From positions 226,710-290,709 of the forward strand of contig JBAZTH010000001.1 of assembly GCA_041661965.1 (NCBI GenBank): a stretch of 64,000 bases of DNA, read 5' to 3'. Below, in pieces: positions 1-7,962 of this stretch. The notes under the pieces are model-generated. The model saw only the letters and a list, made by a program, of their open reading frames with translations, did no database searches and was not told where the DNA came from. Position numbers and translations under genes: made by a program. The stretch is from Candidatus Margulisiibacteriota bacterium (GTDB taxonomy: Bacteria; Margulisbacteria; WOR-1; O2-12-FULL-45-9; XYB2-FULL-48-7). Numbering within the stretch: the stretch's first letter is position 1; every line of letters begins with the position of its first letter.

Positions 1-114
1 CAATAAATTATATACCCCTAGGGGGGAAAGTCAACTTAACCGTCCGCCTAGGCGGATTAAGTCGCGCAAATAATTGCTGTACTAAGAAGCATCTTTGATT
101 TAAAATAATCTAAT

Positions 115-1284
115 ATGAAAGCCAAAATTCCGGCGAACGTGGTCTGGCTCGGATTTGTCAGTCTTTTTAATGATATCGCTTCGGAAATGATCTATCCGAT
201 CGTTCCGATCTTCCTGACCGCCGTCTTGGGGGCGCCGATGGCGGTCATTGGTTTGATCGAAGGAGTGGCGGAATCGACCGCCAGCCTGCTCAAGGTCTTT
301 TCCGGTTGGTTTTCCGATCTGATCGGCAAGCGCAAACCGTTGACTGTTTTCGGCTATTCTTTTTCTACTATCTCCAAGCTTTTTCTGGCTCTGGCTTATG
401 CCTGGCCGATGGTCCTTCTGGCCCGCTTTATCGACCGCTTCGGCAAGGGGATTCGGGTCGCGGCCCGCGACGCCCTGATCGCCGATTCGACCGAGCCGGG
501 AAGTCGGGGGGCGGTCTTTGGCTTTCACCGGGCGATGGATACCTTGGGCGCGGTTGGCGGACCGTTATTGGCGATGGGGTTAATGGCGCTCTTTCATGAC
601 CGCTTCCGGCTGATCTTTGTGATCTCTTTTATTCCCGCTTTGATCGGGGTCATAATTCTCCAACTTTTCGTTAAAGAGGTCAGAAAGCCGACCCCGCCAA
701 AAGAACGGCTCAAGGTCGGCTGGCGGGATTTTGGGGCGAGATATAATTGGTTCTTACTGATCAGCCTGATTTTTTCCTTGGGGAACAGCTCCGATGTTTT
801 TCTGATCCTGCGGTCCAAAGACCTGGGGTTATCGACTTTTTTGGTGGTTTTTGCTTATGTCATATACAATGTAACTTACGCCGGGCTGTCATACCCGGCC
901 GGTTTAATGGCCGATAAGATCGGTTACCGGAAAGTCATTTTTGCCGGATTTTTTATCTTCGCGCTGGTTTATGCCGGTTTTGCCCTGACCACTTCGGCGG
1001 TTTCCGTTTGGGTCCTTTTCGCGGTTTATGGTTTTTATATTGCTTTTACTGAAGGGGTCAGCAAAGCCTATATTGCCGATTTGGCGCCCAAGGACCAAGT
1101 CGGGACGGCAATTGGTCTTTATTATACCGTGACCGGCGTGGCGGTCCTCTTTGCCAGTTTGGCGGCTGGTTGGTTATGGGGAACGTACGGTCCGGCCGGT
1201 CCTTTTTATTACGGCGCGGTAATGGCGCTCCTTGCTTGCGCCTTGTTTGTTGTTTCGTTGCCGATCTTAAAAGGAGTCAAATGA
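115..1284 (+). CDS. MFS-type transporter, about 12 TM segments
   Basis: 389-aa hydrophobic ORF with MFS-like N-terminal motifs (GxxxDRxGxR-like DRFGKG). Its stop overlaps the next start as ATGA. Confidence 0.6.
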   Translation: MKAKIPANVVWLGFVSLFNDIASEMIYPIVPIFLTAVLGAPMAVIGLIEGVAESTASLLKVFSGWFSDLIGKRKPLTVFGYSFSTISKLFLALAYAWPMVLLARFIDRFGKGIRVAARDALIADSTEPGSRGAVFGFHRAMDTLGAVGGPLLAMGLMALFHDRFRLIFVISFIPALIGVIILQLFVKEVRKPTPPKERLKVGWRDFGARYNWFLLISLIFSLGNSSDVFLILRSKDLGLSTFLVVFAYVIYNVTYAGLSYPAGLMADKIGYRKVIFAGFFIFALVYAGFALTTSAVSVWVLFAVYGFYIAFTEGVSKAYIADLAPKDQVGTAIGLYYTVTGVAVLFASLAAGWLWGTYGPAGPFYYGAVMALLACALFVVSLPILKGVK

Positions 1285-2177
1285 CCAATCGGTTGATGAT
1301 CGCGCTGGCAATTACGGTTATGATAATGTTGGCCGAATTTATTGGCGGCTACCTGGCCAATAGTCTCGCCTTGATCTCCGATGCCGGCCATATGCTGACC
1401 GATTCGATGGTCCTGGTCTTTTCCCTGCTGGCGGCGCTGATCGCCGGGCGCGCGGCCGATAAAGAGCGGACCTTCGGCTATTACCGGGTCGAGATCCTCT
1501 CGGCTTTACTTAACGGGACCTTATTGATCGTCCTCGCCGGTTTTATTTTCTACCAGGCGATCGGCCGGTTTACGGCGCCGGAGCCGGTCAACAGCACTTT
1601 AATGATGGTCGTGGCGGCGATCGGGCTGGTTGCAAACCTGGCCTCGGCTTTGATCCTGTCGGGGTCGGGACACAATCTGAATGTCAGAGGCGCTTTGCTG
1701 CACGTTATTTCGGACGCTCTTTCTTCGGTCGCGGTGGTTGGGGGCGGCCTGCTGATCGCTTTTACCGGGTGGCTGTTTGTCGATCCGCTCCTTGGGATCT
1801 TGATCGCTTGCGTCGTCCTTTATGGGGCGATCCGGCTGGTGATCGATTCGGTCAATATTTTACTGGAGTCGGCCCCCAAAGGGGTCGACCCCCACCTGGT
1901 GGCGAAAGCGATTAGCCGGGTCAAGGGGATCAAAGGGTTGCACGATCTTCATATTTGGACCATTTCTTCGGGGTTGAATGCGATCTCGGCCCATCTGGAG
2001 ATCGAACCGAAAGCGGTCAAAAAGGCTCCCCAGATCATCCATGAAGTGGAGCATATGCTTAAAGATAAATATGAGATCAGCCACTCGACCTTTCAGACCG
2101 AATGCCAATCGTGCGGTGATGAGTTGTTTTGCATAATGGAGAGAGCAGGCGAAGGGGCGGGGCGCCACCATCATTAG
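1281..2177 (+). CDS. czcD: Cation diffusion facilitator (CzcD-like Zn/Co/Cd exporter)
   Basis: Six TM segments, an HxxxD-like motif (GHMLTDS) and a His-rich C-terminus. I place the start at ATG 1281 (MTNRLMIALAI) rather than the longer track ORF. Confidence 0.75.
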   Translation: MTNRLMIALAITVMIMLAEFIGGYLANSLALISDAGHMLTDSMVLVFSLLAALIAGRAADKERTFGYYRVEILSALLNGTLLIVLAGFIFYQAIGRFTAPEPVNSTLMMVVAAIGLVANLASALILSGSGHNLNVRGALLHVISDALSSVAVVGGGLLIAFTGWLFVDPLLGILIACVVLYGAIRLVIDSVNILLESAPKGVDPHLVAKAISRVKGIKGLHDLHIWTISSGLNAISAHLEIEPKAVKKAPQIIHEVEHMLKDKYEISHSTFQTECQSCGDELFCIMERAGEGAGRHHH

Positions 2178-2392
2178 ACGACGGCGTCGACTGTCCGGCC
2201 GATATTGGTCATTTCTTTTTCGGCCTTCTTGATGATGGCCAGGATCTGGGCGGAAAGATTGAAGCTGGTGTTCAGCGTCCGTTCGGTATCGAGTAATGCC
2301 GAGGCGTTCTGCTCCCGGGTCGATTTACCGAGGGCTTGAGCGACCCGGTTTTGCAATCCATTTAATTTATTGGCAGCATTGTTAATGTTCAT
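2174..2392 (-). CDS. Small 72-aa helical protein with a flagellin C-terminal-like motif
   Basis: GAGGAA lies 6 nt upstream of the ATG. The sequence NGLQNRVAQA...LSAQILA resembles the GALQNR...QILQQA segment of flagellin D0/D1. It sits downstream of the GGDEF gene on the same strand. Confidence 0.3.
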   Translation of the reverse strand: MNINNAANKLNGLQNRVAQALGKSTREQNASALLDTERTLNTSFNLSAQILAIIKKAEKEMTNIGRTVDAVV

Positions 2393-2447
2393 AACTATTC
2401 CTCTTCCATATATATATCGTTAACTTTCAGCCGAAATTTCACTTTTT

Positions 2448-3083
2448 TTATTGCCGGCCGCGAATTCGGTCGCGACCGGAATTTTTCGCTTCATAGAGAG
2501 CGCTATCCGCTTTTTCGTAAAGCAGCTTTTGCAGGCCTGATTTTGCTTCCGGCGACAAAAAATTAGGTTTGACGTCAGGAGTGTAAGCGGCATAGCCGCC
2601 GCTGATCGTAACGCTGAAAACTCTGCCGCCGATCGAAAATTTTTCCGCCGCGATTTTTTGCCTTATCCTTTCGAGCGGAATAGGGGCGTCTTGATAAGGA
2701 GTTTCATCCAGAAAGACGAAGAATTCTTCTCCGCCGGAGCGGGCGACGATATCGGTGTTCCTTAAATTGCTTTTTATTATTTGCGCGACCCGTTTTAGCA
2801 CCACGTCGCCGGCTAAATGTCCGTAGGTGTCATTGACCGTCTTGAAATGGTCGATGTCGAATTCGGCGATGGTTAAATGTCGTCCGTAGCGCAACGCCCC
2901 GGAAAGCATGCGGTCAAATTCATCTTCCAAACCAAATCGGTTCAAAATCCCCGTTAACTGGTCGGTCTTGACAAGTTTGGACAAAGTCTTGACCTTCTCT
3001 GTTAAAAACCGGACCGTTTTTCGTAAATAGACGTTTTCAACGGCCAGACCGAGAAATGATCTTGGGGTCAGACTAGTTTTCAC
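2448..3083 (-). CDS. Diguanylate cyclase (GGDEF domain)
   Basis: GGEEF active-site motif, RxGGEEF context, N-terminal coiled coil. Confidence 0.8.
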   Translation of the reverse strand: MKTSLTPRSFLGLAVENVYLRKTVRFLTEKVKTLSKLVKTDQLTGILNRFGLEDEFDRMLSGALRYGRHLTIAEFDIDHFKTVNDTYGHLAGDVVLKRVAQIIKSNLRNTDIVARSGGEEFFVFLDETPYQDAPIPLERIRQKIAAEKFSIGGRVFSVTISGGYAAYTPDVKPNFLSPEAKSGLQKLLYEKADSALYEAKNSGRDRIRGRQ

Positions 3084-3128
3084 TTTTGCTCTCCATGCTC
3101 TGCCTTGTTTTCCGCGATTAATTCGCTG

Positions 3129-3168
3129 AATTTCACCTTATTATTTACAATTTCAGCGTGCTATAATC
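3129..3168 (+). promoter_or_regulatory. Promoter region with extended -10 (TGcTATAAT) preceded by motif AATTTCACnnnATTATTTACAATTT
   Basis: TATAAT at 3163-3168 with TG two nt upstream. The same 25-nt upstream motif recurs before feoA at 37673-37697. Confidence 0.4.
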
Positions 3169-3174
3169 AGGGAA

Positions 3175-5154
3175 ATGAGAAAGGTGATGGTCGCCGGGTT
3201 TTGCCTGGCCCTCCTATGCGGATGCGCTATGAATAATAAAGCTCTCGATCTTAATAACCTCGACACCTCCGTTAAACCGGGGGCCGATTTTTATCGCTAT
3301 GCCATCGGCAACTGGCAGAAAAACAACCCGATCCCGGCCGAGTACAGCAGTTGGGGGAGCTTTGTCATCCTGGGAGAAGAGAACCTTATAACCCTGCGGG
3401 AGATTATGGAGACGGGCAAAGGACAAGTCGGCGATTTCTACGCCAGCGGGATGGACGAGAAAAAGATCGAAAAGGCGGGGATCAAGCCGCTGGCCGATGA
3501 ACTCGCCCGGATCGAAGCGATCAATGATCTGAAGGGATTAACTCTGGCGGTGGCGCATCTCCACCAGTACAGCGCCGATCCGCTCTTCCATATCTTTGTT
3601 GGTCCCGATTATGCCAATAGCGATCTCAATATTGCCGAATTATACCAAGGAGGACTCAATCTCCCTGACCGGGACTACTACCTCAAAGATGATAAATACT
3701 CGAAAGAAATTCGGGCCAAATACCAGCAGTACGTGACTAAGATGTTTATGTTAATGGGAGCGGTAAAGGCGGAGGCAGAGGCGAAAGCCAAGGTGGTCTT
3801 GAAGATCGAAACCGGTTTGGCGAAGATCTCCCGTGATAAAGTCGCCCTCCGCGATCCCCGGAAAAACTACAACCCGCTCTCGTTAAAGACCCTGGCGAAG
3901 CTCGCTAATAAGTTCGATTGGCCCCTCTATTTTCAGACGATCGGCCTGAAAAAACCGGGGAAGATCAATGTCGGCCAGCCGGAATTTTTTGCCGGGCTCA
4001 ATCAGCTTATGGCGACGGTCACGATTGCCGACTGGCGGACCTATTTAACCTTCACCCTGGTCAACGATAACGCCGAGTTCTTGAGCTCGGCATTTGTTAA
4101 TGAAGAGTTTAACTTTTACGGCCGGACCCTGAACGGCAACAAGGTCCTGATGCCCCGCTGGAAACGGGTGGTGGGGACGGTCAACGCCTATCTCGATCAG
4201 GCGGTTGGCCGCTTGTTTGTGAAAGAGCGGTTTTCTCCCCAGGCTAAGAGCCGGGCGGGAGAGATGGTGCGCAACATCCGGGCCGCTTTTAAGAAACGGC
4301 TGGCGGCTCTCGATTGGATGACCGATAAAACTAAAAAAGAGGCCTTTAAGAAGTTGGCGGCGATGACCTTTAAGATCGGCTATCCGGGGAAATGGCGGGA
4401 ATACAAGTTTAAAGTTGAGCGGGGAGAATACCTGGCCAATGTTTTCCGGGGAAATTATTTCGATTTTCATTACGAGCTGAATAAGGTGGGGAAGAAGGTT
4501 GACCGCAACGAGTGGGGGATGCCGGTCCAGATCGTTAATGCCGGTTACATGCCAACTCGTAACGAGATGCTTTTCCCGGCCGGGATCCTCCAACCCCCGT
4601 TCTTTAACGCCGCGGCCGACGATCCGGTCAATTACGGTGCGATCGGGATGGTGATCGCCCACGAAATGACCCACGGCTTTGACGACCAGGGGAGGAAGTT
4701 TGATAAGCGGGGGAACCTGAAGGATTGGTGGACCAAGCAGGACGAGGTTAATTTTAAGGCCAAGGCGAAGGCGGTTGTCGAGCAGGCCGAAGCTTTTGAA
4801 CAATTCCCCGGAATGCCGCTCAACGGGGAGCTGACTTTAGGTGAGAATATAGCTGACCTTGGCGGGGTGAGCATTTCCCATGATGCCCTCCAGTTTGCTT
4901 TAGGGAAGAAAAAACAACCGCTCCTCGACGGTCTGACCCCGGAACGGCGCTTTTTCTTGTCATATGCCGAGGTCTGGAAGACCAATATGCGCGACGAGCG
5001 GGCCAAGCTTTTAGTGAAGGTCGATCCCCATGCCCCGGCGAAATACCGGGTCAACGGCCCCTTAAGCAATCTCCCAGAATTCTACGCCGCCTTCAATATC
5101 GCCTCGAATGAAGCGATGTTCCGTCCGGAAGCGAAACGGGCCAAGGTTTGGTAG
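3175..5154 (+). CDS. pepO: M13-family zinc metallopeptidase (PepO/neprilysin-like), probably a lipoprotein
   Basis: HEMTHGFD (HExxH), GENIADLGG and ExxxD motifs. The N-terminus has an LLCGC lipobox-like signal. Confidence 0.85.
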   Translation: MRKVMVAGFCLALLCGCAMNNKALDLNNLDTSVKPGADFYRYAIGNWQKNNPIPAEYSSWGSFVILGEENLITLREIMETGKGQVGDFYASGMDEKKIEKAGIKPLADELARIEAINDLKGLTLAVAHLHQYSADPLFHIFVGPDYANSDLNIAELYQGGLNLPDRDYYLKDDKYSKEIRAKYQQYVTKMFMLMGAVKAEAEAKAKVVLKIETGLAKISRDKVALRDPRKNYNPLSLKTLAKLANKFDWPLYFQTIGLKKPGKINVGQPEFFAGLNQLMATVTIADWRTYLTFTLVNDNAEFLSSAFVNEEFNFYGRTLNGNKVLMPRWKRVVGTVNAYLDQAVGRLFVKERFSPQAKSRAGEMVRNIRAAFKKRLAALDWMTDKTKKEAFKKLAAMTFKIGYPGKWREYKFKVERGEYLANVFRGNYFDFHYELNKVGKKVDRNEWGMPVQIVNAGYMPTRNEMLFPAGILQPPFFNAAADDPVNYGAIGMVIAHEMTHGFDDQGRKFDKRGNLKDWWTKQDEVNFKAKAKAVVEQAEAFEQFPGMPLNGELTLGENIADLGGVSISHDALQFALGKKKQPLLDGLTPERRFFLSYAEVWKTNMRDERAKLLVKVDPHAPAKYRVNGPLSNLPEFYAAFNIASNEAMFRPEAKRAKVW

Positions 5155-5155
5155 A

Positions 5156-6859
5156 TCAGCGCCAGGTCATATAGCTGTTGATAATCGTTGAGCTCAAAGA
5201 GTAAATTTGCTCTCGTCTGGTAAGCGCTGCCAAGGTTTTTTGGGTTTCTTCCGGGAATTCTCCTTTGGCCTTGAAAATGTTTTCCATAATAGTGCCGAGC
5301 AGCTCAAAATTGCCGCCAAAGTTGTTTTGGTTGAGACCGGCGGCTTCCGTTACTTTAAAAAAATCTTCCAGCCAGCAAGCAATGATTGCGCCAGCGTCAC
5401 CAAGTTTATCGGCCGGGATCAATTCGGTCGAGTCGAAAATCGCTCCTTCGGGCGACAAATTGTTGCTGGTGTTCGGCCGCTTGAAATGGCCGTCGACTAA
5501 CGGGAATTTGCAGGTCAGACGGCAATCAAGGACCGCCCTGATATTCTTGCCGAGGTTGGCGGCCAGATTTGCCAGATGTTTCTCCCGTCCGGCGTCGAAA
5601 CTCTCTTCGGGGAACGAGTCTCTAATGAAGAGCTGATAACTAGCGGCGTTTTCCAGGAAGGCCAATCTTCTGGTGTCGTTCCCCACCGCCCGGGCAAGAA
5701 CAAATAGGTCGCCGCTGTCGTAATCAGGCAAGAACTTCCGGATGGCCGTTTGGTCGAGCAGTCTGATCCTGGAAAGAGAGATTCCTCCCACCTCGGCTCC
5801 GCTGGCGAGCAGCTGCCGGTCGCGGTCGATCGCTTCGGTATCGGCTTCGATCATCCCGCCGACCGGGTCGGCCGTGGCGGGCGGAGGCTGGTGGAACTGG
5901 TCAAGGAAAAGGCCGAACTTTTCGAATAAATTGGGATAACCGACCATCACCATTTCCTTGCCCCGCCATTCATCCGCCTGATAGAATGGCATCACTGCTT
6001 CGCCGGGCAAGAGCGGGAGTCGGCCGTCTTGCCCCGGCTTGACGGCATGACCGACGTAATTGGCGCCGGCACCTTTAAACTGCAGGCAGCAGCCGGTGTA
6101 AAGCGCGGCGTGGCCGAGCGGAGCAAAATGACGGAGCATCATCCTGGCGAAGGCAGGCCAGCGGAACCGCTCTGAAAAAATCGGCCAAGCAATTTTTTCT
6201 TCGTCAGTTGGAATATTCTGCCAAATGTTTTCTAATTGTTGTTCCAGGCTGGCGAGCGTTGTTGTTGTGTTCTGTCCGGTCTCATTTAAAAATGAGCTTA
6301 TATACAGCTCCAGATCTTTCATCGATTTCGGGATAAAAGGTTCGTCTTCAATCCTGGCAAGAGAAAATTGTTTGCCTAAATCCTTGATGGCGCCGTAGAC
6401 CGGGAAGAAATTGTGATGGGGATCGGACAGGACCCTAGTTCCCCAAACGCAGAAATAAGGGAAAGTTATCTTTTCTCCTTTATTATTTCTGACCGGGGTG
6501 AGGCCCAACGTCTCTAATTCCTGGTCGGATAAACGGCGATTTTTTATGTAGAGGCCGCCGGTCAAAGGGACGATATTCCCTTCCTTATGATCGAGGCGGA
6601 GAGAGAAGTTGGGGAGGGCGGTTAAGGGGTCAGGCTCCCATTTCGCACCGCGGACAAAATAAAAGGCGGTCTCCGCCAGCAGTAGTTTTTGCGGGGCGTA
6701 AGCCAGTCTCGGCCCATCTTTGGTCGAGCAAAAGCCGCCGACGCCGGCTAGCGGGGTGTTTCGCCTCTCTCTAGCGCGCTCTTCGACCTGGTTAGCGGTG
6801 TGTCCCCTGAAGACAGGATGTTCAGCCGCGATGATGCCGGCTGAACTTTTGTTAAACAT
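5156..6859 (-). CDS. Large hypothetical protein of 567 aa with no recognised domain; last gene of the rSAM operon
   Basis: Long intact ORF. The likely start, ATG at 6859 (MFNKSSAGII), overlaps the stop of the upstream 65-aa ORF as ATGTTTAA. The track ORF extends to a TTG at 7045. Confidence 0.5.
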   Translation of the reverse strand: MFNKSSAGIIAAEHPVFRGHTANQVEERARERRNTPLAGVGGFCSTKDGPRLAYAPQKLLLAETAFYFVRGAKWEPDPLTALPNFSLRLDHKEGNIVPLTGGLYIKNRRLSDQELETLGLTPVRNNKGEKITFPYFCVWGTRVLSDPHHNFFPVYGAIKDLGKQFSLARIEDEPFIPKSMKDLELYISSFLNETGQNTTTTLASLEQQLENIWQNIPTDEEKIAWPIFSERFRWPAFARMMLRHFAPLGHAALYTGCCLQFKGAGANYVGHAVKPGQDGRLPLLPGEAVMPFYQADEWRGKEMVMVGYPNLFEKFGLFLDQFHQPPPATADPVGGMIEADTEAIDRDRQLLASGAEVGGISLSRIRLLDQTAIRKFLPDYDSGDLFVLARAVGNDTRRLAFLENAASYQLFIRDSFPEESFDAGREKHLANLAANLGKNIRAVLDCRLTCKFPLVDGHFKRPNTSNNLSPEGAIFDSTELIPADKLGDAGAIIACWLEDFFKVTEAAGLNQNNFGGNFELLGTIMENIFKAKGEFPEETQKTLAALTRREQIYSLSSTIINSYMTWR

Positions 6860-7049
6860 TGGGCAGCCTATGAGCGTATTTTTCCATAGCCTCAGCTCTC
6901 TCGGGGTCCATGTGCATGGGTATGCCGATATATACTTCTTCAATGGATGCGACCGGATTTTCCTGATCGGTCGGCTTCCTGCCGTCTTTTTCAGGATAGA
7001 CCCATAAAGGGGCTTTCCATTTATCCAGAGGTTTAAACCTGACAAGCAT
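6852..7049 (-). CDS. Small 65-aa hypothetical protein
   Basis: Strong SD (AAAGGGGAAG) lies 5-7 nt before the ATG at 7049. It is translationally coupled to the downstream large ORF. Confidence 0.4.
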   Translation of the reverse strand: MLVRFKPLDKWKAPLWVYPEKDGRKPTDQENPVASIEEVYIGIPMHMDPERAEAMEKYAHRLPNV

Positions 7050-7079
7050 TTTCTTCCCCTTTAGTTAAAAGATTCTCTT

Positions 7080-7898
7080 CTATGGGAACAACCGATTCAA
7101 AATAGACAACGCGTCCCGGATCAAATTAGGATAGTAATCAGGGTTGCGCGAACCATTTAGTCCGTCTTGATATTCCCGATATTCGAAGGCCAGTCTGGCG
7201 CCGCCCCCAGAATTAAGGTACTCCAGCCATGGTCTGATATCCTCACCGGCCAACCAAGCTTCTATCCGTATTTTCCTTTCAGGGTTATGTCCGATCTCAA
7301 ATATTTTTGCGCAGGTTCCCCTTAAATATTCCAGCCGATCGCAGCTAAGCGGGCGCACTGGCTTGGGCGGGATCTCGATCTCTTCGACCGGCAGGCCAAG
7401 CACCCGCTGGAAATTGATGATAGTTTCGGCCACTTTACAAAACGCATCCCGCCTCACAAGTAAATCTTTCCAGCTGCTCCCATCCGGCCCGCTTTGAGCG
7501 TTATATCTTTCTATTTCGGCTTTTGCGAACGCGATCCAGGTTTCGGCCTCCTTTTGTACGGCGAACCAATTATCAAGGGCAAGCCCTTTTCTCCATAAAT
7601 TCTTGCCCTCGACCAGCAGCGTCATAGGAGCAAAGGCCATCGACGAGGGAGTGATTGGTTCGGGCGAACTTTCTCGCAAGCCGCAGAAGGTGAAAGTTCC
7701 TCTGGTCCTGCCGGGAGTCACGTCCACAAGCTGATTGAGCTCTAAGGCAGGACGTTGTCCCGAGAGCGGTCCGGTCCGGGCTACGCCGCTTTGTCTTTCC
7801 ACCAGGGAGACGCTGACTATTCTGCGATTCTGGTCGATATACGAAACCCGGGCCAAAAAATGCGGGGCTCCCGGTCCTGTTCTGGATATGCCGCTCAT
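7080..7898 (-). CDS. Hypothetical 272-aa protein
   Basis: SD GGAGA lies 7 nt upstream of the ATG at 7898. No recognised motifs. Confidence 0.45.
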   Translation of the reverse strand: MSGISRTGPGAPHFLARVSYIDQNRRIVSVSLVERQSGVARTGPLSGQRPALELNQLVDVTPGRTRGTFTFCGLRESSPEPITPSSMAFAPMTLLVEGKNLWRKGLALDNWFAVQKEAETWIAFAKAEIERYNAQSGPDGSSWKDLLVRRDAFCKVAETIINFQRVLGLPVEEIEIPPKPVRPLSCDRLEYLRGTCAKIFEIGHNPERKIRIEAWLAGEDIRPWLEYLNSGGGARLAFEYREYQDGLNGSRNPDYYPNLIRDALSILNRLFP

Positions 7899-7962
7899 AA
7901 ATTATCTCCTTTTATGCCGAATTCTTGTGACAAATAGTTATCCTTTGATAGAAGCCGGAATT

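Noticed and set aside
100-599. Track ORFs 100..528(-) and 306..599(+) overlapping the MFS transporter gene
   Set aside because: They are antisense or out of frame relative to a well-supported membrane-protein ORF. The translations are Arg/Gly/Pro-rich low-complexity, as expected for spurious ORFs in GC-rich DNA. The same reasoning covers most other short overlapping track ORFs (e.g. 4045..4803, 9988..10596, 10612..11148, 19095..19928, 29040..29762, 45281..45700, 48566..49363, 50725..51426).
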